64,000 bases of DNA, from positions 1-64,000 of the forward strand of contig JANOAV010000040.1 of NCBI GenBank assembly GCA_031411295.1, written 5' to 3'. The stretch comes from Verrucomicrobiales bacterium (GTDB lineage Bacteria; Verrucomicrobiota; Verrucomicrobiia; Verrucomicrobiales; V1-33). Below are positions 1-10,034 of the stretch, one piece after another. The position numbers were made by a program, and so were the translations under genes. Each line of letters starts with the position of its first letter. Position 1 is the stretch's first letter. Under the pieces are notes generated by a model, which was given only the letters and a program-made list of their open reading frames with translations, was not told the origin of the DNA and did no database searches.

Positions 1-106
1 CCCCCGAACCGGAACAGTCACGAAACAACATTTCCCCGCCGCCGCTGCCGGAGAGAATGGCTGCGGTGTCCTCTAAAAGCGACAATCTGAATGGCTGGAG
101 GTTCAT
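1..106 (-). CDS. Possible 5' end of a gene running off the left edge (MNLQPFRLSLLEDTAAILSGSGGGEMLFRDCSGSG...)
   Basis: Open minus-strand frame from ATG at 106 to the window edge, divergent from the 394 gene; no recognisable motif. Confidence 0.3.
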   Translation of the reverse strand, partial: MNLQPFRLSLLEDTAAILSGSGGGEMLFRDCSGSG

Positions 107-357
107 GGCATGAAGCAGGGGAATGCAACACGCGGACCGAAGATGAACGGGTCAGGAATTTTGTGCGTTCTAGTCAGTTTGGCTGCGGGCGTCAATGCTT
201 TTTCCGTGGAGGACTAAAATTTGTAAAATTTGCTATCATGCCATGAAACCAAATTAAATGATCACCCAAGCCTGCACGGGGAATCTGATCTCCGCCAAAG
301 GCAACGTGTGCTGTCGGAGCCTCCCGCGCAGCATTTTCAGGAGGGCATTTCAAGGTC

Positions 358-386
358 TTGACAGGTTAGTGAATTCGCGCTAACTG
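358..386 (+). promoter_or_regulatory. Possible sigma70-like promoter (TTGACA ... GCTAACT) for the 394/875 operon
   Basis: Perfect -35 TTGACA at 358-363 and a weak -10 just upstream of ATG 394. Confidence 0.3.
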
Positions 387-393
387 GATAAGT

Positions 394-846
394 ATGCGTC
401 CCCGCCTCCACCGAAAAGTGCTTTTGGTATCCCTTGCCTGCCTTTTGGTTGGTCTCGCGGTTTGGTGTTTTCGCGCGCCTCGTCCATCTGACCCCAAAGC
501 CGCCGTAGCCACCAGCGAGTCCATCAGGGATCGGTTATCCTCAGCCTGGGAGCAACGCCTAAGTCAGCTCGGTTCGGAGGCTAGCCAAGCGGAAATAGCT
601 GAGGCTGCCGCAGCGTTCAGCCTCGCCCACGCCGACGAGATCGCCCAGCAAGAGCAGCTTGCTGATGCGGAGCACAGCGCACCATATCTGGGACGAGTGG
701 AGGCCATCTCAAATCGTGCCGCTGCCAAAGTCCGCAGTTACGACGAGGTCCGCCGTAAGTTGGGTAGCGGTGAATTGACTGAATTGCCACCTGATTTAGC
801 CCCGCCTCCGTTGCCGGAACCTCTGGCCGAGCCTTCCGCCCGTTAA
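394..846 (+). CDS. Small membrane-anchored hypothetical protein
   Basis: Basic N-terminus plus hydrophobic helix (VLLVSLACLLVGLAVWCF), Ala/Glu-rich helical body, Pro-rich tail; ends 28 bp before the 875 gene. Confidence 0.65.
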   Translation: MRPRLHRKVLLVSLACLLVGLAVWCFRAPRPSDPKAAVATSESIRDRLSSAWEQRLSQLGSEASQAEIAEAAAAFSLAHADEIAQQEQLADAEHSAPYLGRVEAISNRAAAKVRSYDEVRRKLGSGELTELPPDLAPPPLPEPLAEPSAR

Positions 847-874
847 ATTTAATCCGACCGAACACCACTCATTT

Positions 875-3800
875 ATGAACCCACTTTTTTCCTGCTTGTT
901 GCTTCTGGGCATGGCATCTGCCAACCCCATCTTGGCTCAAAATACCAGCCTTGATTTCGAAACCCGGCCTACCGCCCTGTATGATTGGCAGGTTGGAACC
1001 ATGGCGAATGGATTTTCCGGGTGGTCGTTCACTGGAGGCGGAGCTGAGATTTCTACCGCCCAAAGCGTGTCTGGAGACCAGTCTTTGAAGTTTACTGCCA
1101 CCGCTCCGGCCCCCCTGTCTCATCCCCTCAGCAACCCCGGGGGCTTGCGATTCCTCGACCTTAACTTGCGACTTCCGGTAGCCAAAACCATAACTCCTGG
1201 CACCACCCCAACTTGGCCTGTGGGGGAGGCGCAACTCGTCTTGGACTGCTTGCCCGCCATGGTTGCAAGATCTGGCAGTTCCCCTACGGCACAATTGTAT
1301 CTCTATGGGGAGATTAGTGGTGTTGGGGCTTGGAATCCGGTCGGTCCCGCCTTGGAGTTGGATGATAGCGGATTAAATCTTAAGAAATGGCTTCGGCTTA
1401 CCGTCCGCACGGATACCAGCAACCAAATTTGCGACCTCTGGATCGATACCCGTCTTACCTCGATTAATCAGCCCCTTGCGCCGAATTTGAGCGGCTCCTT
1501 CCTCATGCGCTGCAACGTGGGGCAGATTGCCTATGTGGACGATTTCGTTTCGGGTGACACGAATCCGCTCTACGTGGATTCAGACCGTGATGGGATGCCC
1601 GATCTGTATGAGTATGAAAACCTGCTGGATGCCTCCGTCAATGATCGGAACGATGACAAAGATAATGATTTACTGACAAATATCACGGAATATTGGTTGG
1701 GCACCAAAGCCAACGGCACTGACTCAGACGGAGATGGCCTGCCTGATGAGTGGGAACAGACGAATGGTTTAAATCCGCTTTCTGCCGCCGATAAGTTGCT
1801 CGATTTGGATTTGGACGGTTACACCAATTTTGAAGAATTCAACGCTGGGACCAATCCGACCGACCCTAACGCCAATGGTGGCTCGGTCGTCTATGTGAAG
1901 GCAGGCGTGACTGGTGCCCAGATGGGAACCTTTGCCGCGCCATTCACCACCGTGCAGGCGGCATTGGACGCAGTTCCTGCGGGTGGGCGGGTGGTTCTAT
2001 TAGGCAGCGGAGGCAACATTACGGGCACTGGTAATCGTAATCTGGCTGTGTCCAAGCCCGTTACCATCGTGGGGCGCCAAGGAGCTAACTTGGTGAACCC
2101 GACCAGCTCTGGCGGGTATGCCTTATACACCACGTTCCCTCCTTCCTCGGGCCCCCTCACGGTTGAGGATTTGAATTTTAGCGGCTTCTTCAGTAGCAAT
2201 GACGGTAGTGCGGTTTACTCAGACCAAGTTCCCGTGGTTTTGCGGCGGTGTCGTTTTCAGAACTGTTCTGCTTCTGACGATGGTGGGGCAGTGTTCGTCA
2301 ACGGGGCTTCTTTGCTAGCTGAAGATTGTGTCTTTGAAAATTGCGTCTCCTATGACAAGGGTGGCGCAATTTACACGGAGTATGTCGCTTCAGTGTCACT
2401 GCTGCGCTGTCGCTTTTTGAATTGTCATACCCTTTACGGAGACGGCTGCGCGGTTTATTTTCGTCAATCGGGCGGGGTGATGGAGAACAGTCTAGTGTGG
2501 AATTGCAGCAACTACTACGGTGGCAAGGGCGCGGTTGTTTGTGCTGAAGGCACTACCGTGGCTTTTCGCTGGTGCACCCTGCTGGCCAACCGCGCTACTA
2601 CGGCAGGACCAGGAGGCATTTACAACGGGAACCCCTCGGGCACCATCACGCTGGATTCCTGCATTCTCATGAATAATCTTTCGGGATACTACAAGAATCA
2701 ACTGAATGGAACCGCTTGGACCGCCAATTATTGTTCGATTGATAGCTTGGTTTTGCCCGGCACTCAGAATACCACCTCGGTGAACTTCCTGCTGAATACC
2801 CCCATAGTGAACGGTGCCTATGCCAATTACTACGGGAATCAGACGGGGAGCGCTCCGATAACGGATATTGACGGCTCCCTGCGGGACAATCATCCAGAGC
2901 GCGGTTGCTATGAATTCAACGATCCTGATTTGGACGGCATGCCTTCGGCCTGGGAACTCAAGTATGGGTTAAATCCAGCCAGCCGTGCCGATGCGGACAT
3001 GGATTTGGATCAGGACGGTTACACCAACCTGGACGAATTTTTACGGAACTCCGATCCTTCCGTAGCAGCCTATGCTGACACCCAGAGCGCTATCTTCGTG
3101 AACCCGGTTACTGGTTTGGATACCAATACTGGCAATTTTGGCGCATCCGTGAAGAGCATTAGCAAGGCTATTTCTTTGCTGTCAGCCTCCCGCACCAAGG
3201 TTTGCCTGGCGAATGGCATCTATGTAAGCAGCCTCAATCGAAATATTAGCTTGGCAGCGGGCGTTTCCACCAGCCCGGTGCTGATCAAATCACTCAACGG
3301 GGCTGACGCCGTTACGATTGATCTTGAAGGCCAGGGACGCCTGCTAACGACAGCAAACCCCACTACCCTACAAAATCTGACGATTCGTAATGGATTCATC
3401 ACTGGTTCCGGCGGGGCGGTCTTGTTTAGTGCGAGTGGAGGCGCTTATGGCCATTCCATCGTGTCCTGTCGTTTCGTTGCGTGTAAGGCCACGCAAGGTG
3501 GCGCGGTCTATGCTACGGCAGGATGCAGTTTTACCTTGTGCCAATTCACTGGGTGCGAGGCCACTCAAAATGGGGGAGCCTTGGCAGGTATGGGGAAGTT
3601 CTTCCTGAACGCCAACACCTTTTCCTACAATGCCGCAACCCTTCAAGGTGGTGCGTGCTACTTGGAAGCGGGGACTGCCGATTTGCAAGTTAGACAATCA
3701 GTTTTTTACCGCAACAATGCCAGTGAGGGGGGTGCCCTATCCTTGGTCAACAGCACGGTCATCGAAGGGGCCTCCTCCGTTTACAACACGGTTGATACTT

Positions 3801-6766
3801 GTAATTTCAAGGAAAACGTCGCCCGGACTCCCACCACTAATGCCGCGAGCCACGGCGGTGCGGTCCTGATTACAAATTCCATGACAGGCTTCCATGCGTG
3901 CTTGTTCCGCAATAATAGTGTGGGTGCCAATGGCACAGGCGGAGCCAGTGGAGGGGCCATTTATTTCGTTTCAGGCAATCCGAAAATCTTTGGCTCCACG
4001 TTTGTTGCCAACGAAGCGGCCAAAGAAGGCGGGGCGCTCCGTATCAACGCAGGCGAGCCCAACATCGTAAACTGTGCCTTGTCTGAAAATCTTGCAGGCA
4101 CCGCTGGTGGGGCTGTCTCGGTGAAAGCTGCGACCGCGCCAAGTCCTGCTCCTGTGACTACTATCGCCTACAGCACCTTGGTTTATAACCGCTCTCCGCT
4201 TGGAGCAAGTCTCTATTACGAATCGGATACCAATTTTAACAACAATCTCAGTTGGTTTAATGTGCATGACTCCGGCGCGGCAAGCCTTCAAACCAAAAGC
4301 ACTGCTCCCGCCACTCTCACGGCTCTGGGGAATAACCTGTCCTCCGTGCGGGCTGGAAACGTAAGCCTCAAGCCCGTTCTAGCCTTTGATAATTATCACC
4401 TCGCTGGGCCACTTCCGCCTTCGTCGCCAAGTATCCTAGCAACAGCTAGCCCCGACTACTGGACGTTACTTGCCGAGCCCACATCCGGCGGAGCGTATTT
4501 TTATAATGACATCGATGCCGAATCTCGGGGTATCGGTAGTCCTGCCGCCATGGAATCCGGCTGTGACGAATGGTTGGACACCGATGCAGACGGCCTGCCA
4601 GACTGGTTTGAAAATTACATCATCCGCTACAGTGGCAAGGATAGCCTCAGCACCATGGCGTCCATTACCCCAAGCCTCAAACTCTGGAATAGCCAGTGGA
4701 CGCTCCTGCAAGTCTTCCAATATGGTGGAAATCCCTTGGTGCCAGATAATGCACAGATTGACACAGATCGGGATGGGTTGACGGACCCAGTGGAAAATAG
4801 CCTTGGCACAAATCGTTTTGAACGTGACTCCGATGATGACTTTTTTGATGATTTATTCGAGGTCACGTTCTTTGCCACCACGAATATTTCTGATGGAACT
4901 CATCCATTCAACGCTACCACAGCATACATCAAAAAACCCGACGGGACTTACAAAGACGCAGATGGTGACAATGTGAGTGATATGGACGAATACCTCCATA
5001 ATACAGACCCAAGTAAAAAGGACACGGATGGGGATACCATCAACGATGACATAGAAATCGGCCAGGGTTCAGATCCTAATGATCCCAATGACAAAGATCC
5101 AAGACCGGAAGAGGATATTTGGAAGCTCAAATTGGGTATTGGGGATGGGGATGGTAGCAAATCGGAGGAATGGGACATGGCCATTGTTAGACTGAAGGAC
5201 GACGGAACGCGGGGGCATGTTGTGCTCCGCTATCAATCTGGGGCAAGAGGCGTTTACAAAGAAACTACAGAACCTGAAAAAATCCCCGGAGGCTTTTGTT
5301 ACCAGGCGGAAATTTACCATCGCGGATCTGACAGAGAAATACCCGATGCTGATTACAAATGGATTGTCGAGAAAAATGACGACGAGCAAAAGTTCGCGGT
5401 CTTGGACAACAATAAAGGTGTCGATAGCCGGTCAGGTAGGGAAGGCGTGCTAGGAGATCATTACCTCACTGGGAAAAACGGATGGACCGTGAAAGAGGTT
5501 ACTGGAGAGGCGAAAAAACCCGCTTGGCCAGTTTATATCATACCATCAGAAATCGTGCCTGATGATAATCAGGCCGGACGCACGGGTGACATTGTTCCGA
5601 GTAACAAGGCCGATACAACGACGACGCCAGCCAAGCGGGGAGATAGCCACTATGTAACTCCGAAAAAATCTATCGCTGCAGTCGCCCCGTTCACAGGCAT
5701 CGAATGGAACAACATCGCAGATTCCCATGTTAAATTTAAGGCCAAAGGGCTCAACAAGGTCGTGATGGACAAATGTGGGGTAACTTGGGATGGGGGCGAG
5801 GAAGATGGGGATGCTCGTGAAAAACATAAGGTCACAAGAGCCACTGCGGACCATATCGAGTTAAAGCTACAAGCCGTCACCAAATACGGCTCGGCAGCGG
5901 AGGAAATCGCTAAGATGAACGTCTGGGTTGTTTGGGCGGATTTTAAGCCAACTACAGGAATCCTGCTTAATAAAATCATCGACGAGCCAGCGAATTACAG
6001 CATTGGAACGACGAACTTACCGATAGCAATAAAAGGTAAGCGGCTTACGTGTGTATTCAACGCCTATCTGACTCCGAGCCCACAAGCCATTCTTGATGAG
6101 GCCACAGATATTCCTGATCTCTTGGGACCGAATGTTACTCCTGATTTACCCGGGGCACACTATCTCGATCCCTCCAAATTACTAAAAAATGGGGTGGAAA
6201 AGCGTTGGGATTTAACGCAAAGACACAAGGTCGTAATAACATCCAGTCTGCCGGATAAAGCGGGCCAAATCGACCACCCTTGGCCGTCAGAATTAATTAC
6301 TGGGGATGATGATTTTAAAGTTTTCGTGAATACATCTCCATACGGTAATATAGACATGCGATACCAAGATTCTCCGTCAATCTACTTGGGCCCGCACCAG
6401 GGAGGTATTGGGGATACTCATGTGCGACATTTGCAGTTTCAGGACTTCGCGCGGCTTCAGCTTGGGAAGGCAGGCGAAGGAAAGTGGTTTGTGATTTCAG
6501 ACCCATACTTGTGGGAAGTAAAATTCGGCCTGAAAAAGCGCGCAATGGTTGTTTCCGATGTGGAATCGACTTCCCGCAGCCTGCTCAAAGGGCCCATCGT
6601 GGATGCTACACCAATAACAGAAGCAATACTTCCAAATTCGACTCAAATCGGGCAACCACCCTATGGATTCGATGAAAATGGGGATGGGGACAAGGATGAT
6701 GCCATTGGTATTTGGGATATCGATACATCGACCTCGAACGCAGGGGCAAGCAATTCGGCTCCTTAA
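875..6766 (+). CDS. Giant secreted protein (1963 aa): thrombospondin-3-like Ca-binding repeats, two right-handed beta-helix (Pmp-like GGA[IV]) modules, and a distinct C-terminal domain
   Basis: Signal peptide; many DxDxDG(L/M)PDxWE / NPxxxDxDxD repeats; repeated F..N.A..GGA(V/I/L) motifs; charged, non-repetitive last ~550 aa. Confidence 0.85.
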   Translation: MNPLFSCLLLLGMASANPILAQNTSLDFETRPTALYDWQVGTMANGFSGWSFTGGGAEISTAQSVSGDQSLKFTATAPAPLSHPLSNPGGLRFLDLNLRLPVAKTITPGTTPTWPVGEAQLVLDCLPAMVARSGSSPTAQLYLYGEISGVGAWNPVGPALELDDSGLNLKKWLRLTVRTDTSNQICDLWIDTRLTSINQPLAPNLSGSFLMRCNVGQIAYVDDFVSGDTNPLYVDSDRDGMPDLYEYENLLDASVNDRNDDKDNDLLTNITEYWLGTKANGTDSDGDGLPDEWEQTNGLNPLSAADKLLDLDLDGYTNFEEFNAGTNPTDPNANGGSVVYVKAGVTGAQMGTFAAPFTTVQAALDAVPAGGRVVLLGSGGNITGTGNRNLAVSKPVTIVGRQGANLVNPTSSGGYALYTTFPPSSGPLTVEDLNFSGFFSSNDGSAVYSDQVPVVLRRCRFQNCSASDDGGAVFVNGASLLAEDCVFENCVSYDKGGAIYTEYVASVSLLRCRFLNCHTLYGDGCAVYFRQSGGVMENSLVWNCSNYYGGKGAVVCAEGTTVAFRWCTLLANRATTAGPGGIYNGNPSGTITLDSCILMNNLSGYYKNQLNGTAWTANYCSIDSLVLPGTQNTTSVNFLLNTPIVNGAYANYYGNQTGSAPITDIDGSLRDNHPERGCYEFNDPDLDGMPSAWELKYGLNPASRADADMDLDQDGYTNLDEFLRNSDPSVAAYADTQSAIFVNPVTGLDTNTGNFGASVKSISKAISLLSASRTKVCLANGIYVSSLNRNISLAAGVSTSPVLIKSLNGADAVTIDLEGQGRLLTTANPTTLQNLTIRNGFITGSGGAVLFSASGGAYGHSIVSCRFVACKATQGGAVYATAGCSFTLCQFTGCEATQNGGALAGMGKFFLNANTFSYNAATLQGGACYLEAGTADLQVRQSVFYRNNASEGGALSLVNSTVIEGASSVYNTVDTCNFKENVARTPTTNAASHGGAVLITNSMTGFHACLFRNNSVGANGTGGASGGAIYFVSGNPKIFGSTFVANEAAKEGGALRINAGEPNIVNCALSENLAGTAGGAVSVKAATAPSPAPVTTIAYSTLVYNRSPLGASLYYESDTNFNNNLSWFNVHDSGAASLQTKSTAPATLTALGNNLSSVRAGNVSLKPVLAFDNYHLAGPLPPSSPSILATASPDYWTLLAEPTSGGAYFYNDIDAESRGIGSPAAMESGCDEWLDTDADGLPDWFENYIIRYSGKDSLSTMASITPSLKLWNSQWTLLQVFQYGGNPLVPDNAQIDTDRDGLTDPVENSLGTNRFERDSDDDFFDDLFEVTFFATTNISDGTHPFNATTAYIKKPDGTYKDADGDNVSDMDEYLHNTDPSKKDTDGDTINDDIEIGQGSDPNDPNDKDPRPEEDIWKLKLGIGDGDGSKSEEWDMAIVRLKDDGTRGHVVLRYQSGARGVYKETTEPEKIPGGFCYQAEIYHRGSDREIPDADYKWIVEKNDDEQKFAVLDNNKGVDSRSGREGVLGDHYLTGKNGWTVKEVTGEAKKPAWPVYIIPSEIVPDDNQAGRTGDIVPSNKADTTTTPAKRGDSHYVTPKKSIAAVAPFTGIEWNNIADSHVKFKAKGLNKVVMDKCGVTWDGGEEDGDAREKHKVTRATADHIELKLQAVTKYGSAAEEIAKMNVWVVWADFKPTTGILLNKIIDEPANYSIGTTNLPIAIKGKRLTCVFNAYLTPSPQAILDEATDIPDLLGPNVTPDLPGAHYLDPSKLLKNGVEKRWDLTQRHKVVITSSLPDKAGQIDHPWPSELITGDDDFKVFVNTSPYGNIDMRYQDSPSIYLGPHQGGIGDTHVRHLQFQDFARLQLGKAGEGKWFVISDPYLWEVKFGLKKRAMVVSDVESTSRSLLKGPIVDATPITEAILPNSTQIGQPPYGFDENGDGDKDDAIGIWDIDTSTSNAGASNSAP

Positions 6767-6777
6767 AAATACCCGAA

Positions 6778-7668
6778 ATGAAATCATTACTTATAGCCTT
6801 TCTGGTCCTAATGTTCAACGCGCTGGGTGCGCGAGTCGAGCCCATAAATGACGGGACGAGATTGGGGCAGTCCAAAAACCTCCTGACGGAGCGCCTAAGT
6901 CAGAAGAAATACGCCGCCGACGCAGCCGTGTTGGAAGCTTTGGAATACTTTTCCTCGAGCAAGGAACATGTGAATTCAACGCTTTGGATGAGTTGCGCTC
7001 TGTTTTACAACCCGGCTTGGCTCCATCTCGACCCTAACCGCAGCAGCGCAGAATCGAACAGGGATGAACTTTGGAGCAAATATCCATTTTTCCGAAATGC
7101 CGAAGGGGATAACAGCCGTGGATTCGGAGCAGAGTATTCAGATAGAGCCGTGTTGATGGCCCAAGTGTTCAACGAGTCCACAGACCCGTTTGTAAAGGTG
7201 CAATTTGCGTCGTTTTTTTTTATATGGTTTAGTCGGGATGACGTGCCATTGAATCGCAAGCTTTCTGAAAGCGTGAAGTCCGGTCTTTTTACGCAGGAGG
7301 CACTTGATGACTTCCTAGCAACTTCCGCCCTGGTAAGGAATCACGCCATTTTCCTCGACCCACACCACTATGGAGAGTTGGGACCTCTCTTCCTTGAACA
7401 GATCTCCGAAAGTCCGATTCAGATCCCCTGGTTACGGAAATATCTCCAGGATCATCCATTGCCAGCATCCATCATTGGGACTCCCAAAGCATTGCCTCCA
7501 GCATCAGCACCAAGTGCAGCCGAAGCGCCTCCCGCTAAGGGGTGGTCAACTGCAAGCCTGCGCTGGCTGGGGTTAGCCATCGCCCTCCTTGTGGGAACGC
7601 TTCTATGGCTCCGTCGTGTCAAGCGGGAGCAGCGGGACCACGCAGATTCCGATTCGCATCCGCCATGA
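6778..7668 (+). CDS. Exported protein with C-terminal TM anchor (possible partner or immunity protein of the upstream gene)
   Basis: ATG 6778 gives signal peptide MKSLLIAFLVLMFNALGA, 11 bp after the upstream stop; Pro/Ala linker, TM helix and basic tail (WLRRVKR) near the C-terminus. Confidence 0.7.
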   Translation: MKSLLIAFLVLMFNALGARVEPINDGTRLGQSKNLLTERLSQKKYAADAAVLEALEYFSSSKEHVNSTLWMSCALFYNPAWLHLDPNRSSAESNRDELWSKYPFFRNAEGDNSRGFGAEYSDRAVLMAQVFNESTDPFVKVQFASFFFIWFSRDDVPLNRKLSESVKSGLFTQEALDDFLATSALVRNHAIFLDPHHYGELGPLFLEQISESPIQIPWLRKYLQDHPLPASIIGTPKALPPASAPSAAEAPPAKGWSTASLRWLGLAIALLVGTLLWLRRVKREQRDHADSDSHPP

Positions 7669-7790
7669 AAGGGACTAAAGGACAATATGCCATGCTCATA
7701 AATCTGGTTTTGCGCCTCTCACACTAATCTCCGCGTTCTGACTTGCGCGGCTCCGGCATCTGTGTCTTCATCCCCTTGTTCCTCCGACCT

Positions 7791-9449
7791 ATGCTTTCCT
7801 CCATTACCATCAAAAATCTCGCGCTCGTTGATTCCCTGACCTGGAATTTAGGCTCTGGCTTGGTCTGTGTTACGGGGGAAACGGGCGCTGGTAAGTCCAT
7901 CATTGTGGGGGCCTTGAAGCTCGTTTTGGGGGAGCGCGCAGACCGTGATTTAATTCGCACCGGAACCGATTCCTGTAGTGTGGAGGCGGTATTTCGCTTG
8001 GAGAAGCCGCAGGAGGTGAATGCCGCGCTGGAAGAAGCTGGCTTGGAGCCATGCGAGGGCGAGGAACTCATCATCAAGCGGATCATTACCGCAGGGGGGC
8101 AGAACAAACAATTCGTCAACTGCTCGCCTGCCACCCTGAATGTCCTCAAGAGCTTGGGGCAATTTCTCGTGGACCTGCATGGGCCGCATGATCATCAATC
8201 GCTGCTCTCACGGGAACGCCAGTTGCACATGCTGGATGCTGCCGCCGATGCGGACGCGGACTTGGTGGGATATCGCAAACTTTACGCCGCTTGGAAGCAG
8301 CTCGGAGCCGAACTGGACGACCTTACCAATGCAGAGAAAGCCTCGGAGCAGGAGTTGGAATTACTCCGCTTCCAAGTCCAGGAAATCGCCAGCGCCAATC
8401 TGAAACCGGAAGAGGAAGAGGCGGTGCTGGCCCGCTACAAGATGGCCAGCAACTCCACCAAGCTGGCCGAACTCACGGCGCAAATCCTTGGTGAGCTAAG
8501 CGATGCCGATGACGCCCTGATGAATCGCCTCAGCGATATCCGCCGCCACATTCGCGATCTGGAAAAGACGGACCGGAACACCGCGGAACTCACGGCAGGC
8601 TTCGAAACCGCGGTGGTGGAGTTGGAGGAAATGGAACGGGCGCTGCGCAACTACCAGGAAGATTTGGAATTCAATCCCCAGGAAATTGCCGATCTGGATG
8701 ACCGCATTAATCTCTTTGAAACGCTGAAGCGCAAATACGGCGGGAGCATCCAACGCGTGCTGGATCATCACGATTCGATTGCCGCCAAGCTGACGAAAAT
8801 TGAGAGTCGCAGCGAGGAACTGGATCGACTCCAGTCCGAACTAGCCAAGAGCAAGGAGCAACTGGATGCCGCCGCGCTGAAAGTCAGCCAAGCCCGCCGC
8901 AAAGCCGCCCCGCGTCTGGCTAAGGAAGTATCGAAGAACCTCGTGGACCTGGGTTTCAAACAGAGCAAATTTAACGTGGAACTAACCGCCCTCGCCACCC
9001 CGGGACCGCATGGGTATGAGGAGGGGGACTTCATGATTGCCCCCAATCCGGGCGAGCCCGCCAAGCCACTGCGGAACGTAGCCAGCAGCGGTGAAATGAG
9101 TCGGGTCATGCTCGCCATCAAAAGTGCGCTGGCCCAGGAGGATGCCATTCCCTTGCTGGTCTTCGATGAAATCGATGCGAACGTGGGCGGGGAAATTGCG
9201 GCGGCGGTGGGTCGCAAAATGCAGTCGTTAGGGAAAACGCACCAGATCATCAGCATCACCCATTTGCCGCAAGTGGCGGCCTTGGGGGATTGCCATTACG
9301 TGGTGAGCAAGGAAGTGGAAAAAGACCGCACCTTCAGTCGGCTCACGGTCGTGGAAGGCGAAGCCCGGGTGGATGAAATCGCGCGGATGCTCGGAGGAAA
9401 ATCAGCCAGCGCCCGGTCGCACGCGCAGAGTTTGCTGGCAGAGGCGTGA
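7791..9449 (+). CDS. recN: DNA repair protein RecN
   Basis: MLSSITIKNLALV start, Walker A TGETGAGKS, long coiled coil, signature ASSGEMSRVML, Walker B LVFDEIDANVGG, ITHLPQVAA, EIARMLGG. Confidence 0.97.
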   Translation: MLSSITIKNLALVDSLTWNLGSGLVCVTGETGAGKSIIVGALKLVLGERADRDLIRTGTDSCSVEAVFRLEKPQEVNAALEEAGLEPCEGEELIIKRIITAGGQNKQFVNCSPATLNVLKSLGQFLVDLHGPHDHQSLLSRERQLHMLDAAADADADLVGYRKLYAAWKQLGAELDDLTNAEKASEQELELLRFQVQEIASANLKPEEEEAVLARYKMASNSTKLAELTAQILGELSDADDALMNRLSDIRRHIRDLEKTDRNTAELTAGFETAVVELEEMERALRNYQEDLEFNPQEIADLDDRINLFETLKRKYGGSIQRVLDHHDSIAAKLTKIESRSEELDRLQSELAKSKEQLDAAALKVSQARRKAAPRLAKEVSKNLVDLGFKQSKFNVELTALATPGPHGYEEGDFMIAPNPGEPAKPLRNVASSGEMSRVMLAIKSALAQEDAIPLLVFDEIDANVGGEIAAAVGRKMQSLGKTHQIISITHLPQVAALGDCHYVVSKEVEKDRTFSRLTVVEGEARVDEIARMLGGKSASARSHAQSLLAEA

Positions 9450-9455
9450 AGCTTT

Positions 9456-10034
9456 ATGGAACCAACCCCGCCATCCGGAGAATGTAGTCCAGGGCTTCAG
9501 CCCGGACAGCCTTCGTCGTCGGATAGGTTACGGTCTAAAGTCCATAACTACATTCTGCGGGCAGCCACCCTTGATGACTGTCCACAGATCATGGAGATCT
9601 ATAATCACTACGTGAGGACCAGCACCTGCACTTATCAGGAGGAGGACGACACCCTGCCAGAGCGCCAGGCTTGGTTCCAGCGGCATGGCAGCGCCCACCC
9701 GATCTTCGTGCTTGAAGCGGACGACCGACTTGCCGCCTGGGCGTCTCTCAGCCCGTTTCACCCCCGCTCAGCGTATCGGTTCACGGTGGAAGACTCCATT
9801 TATGTCCATCCGGAGAGCCTGGGACAGGGGCTGGGGCAACGCATGTTAGAGCATCTGATCGCCACCGCCAGACAACTGGGGCATCAGCAACTGGTGGGGC
9901 TCATTTCCAGCGACCAAGCTGCCAGTGTGCGGCTGCATGAAACGTTCGGTTTCCAGCGGGTCGGGCATCTGCCAGAAGTGGGCGTGAAGTTTGGGCGGAA
10001 ACTGAGTTTGCAGCTTTGGCAGTTGGGGTTGTGA
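9456..10034 (+). CDS. GNAT N-acetyltransferase, phosphinothricin/methionine-sulfoximine acetyltransferase (YncA/MddA-like) family
   Basis: IYNHYV..ST.T, AYRFTVEDSIYV, GQGLG acetyl-CoA loop, ASVRLHETFGF, VGVKFGR; N-terminal extension derived from a REP doublet. Confidence 0.9.
   Translation: MEPTPPSGECSPGLQPGQPSSSDRLRSKVHNYILRAATLDDCPQIMEIYNHYVRTSTCTYQEEDDTLPERQAWFQRHGSAHPIFVLEADDRLAAWASLSPFHPRSAYRFTVEDSIYVHPESLGQGLGQRMLEHLIATARQLGHQQLVGLISSDQAASVRLHETFGFQRVGHLPEVGVKFGRKLSLQLWQLGL
9479..9556. repeat. GTAG-type REP doublet (REPIN-like) inside the 5' end of the GNAT gene
   Basis: AGAAT-GTAGTCCAGGGCTTCAGCCCG (9479-9504) ... CGGTCTAAAGTCCATAACTAC-ATTCT (9531-9556) as inverted arms; the 21-nt left REP (9484-9504) is the exact reverse complement of 27410-27430. 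Confidence 0.8.

Noticed and set aside
6712..6777. Upstream starts given by the ORF track for several genes (6712, 7743, 11539, 19169, 34170, 45919, 49295, 61098)
   Set aside because: They overlap neighbours or precede the signal peptide or conserved N-terminus; downstream starts were used.
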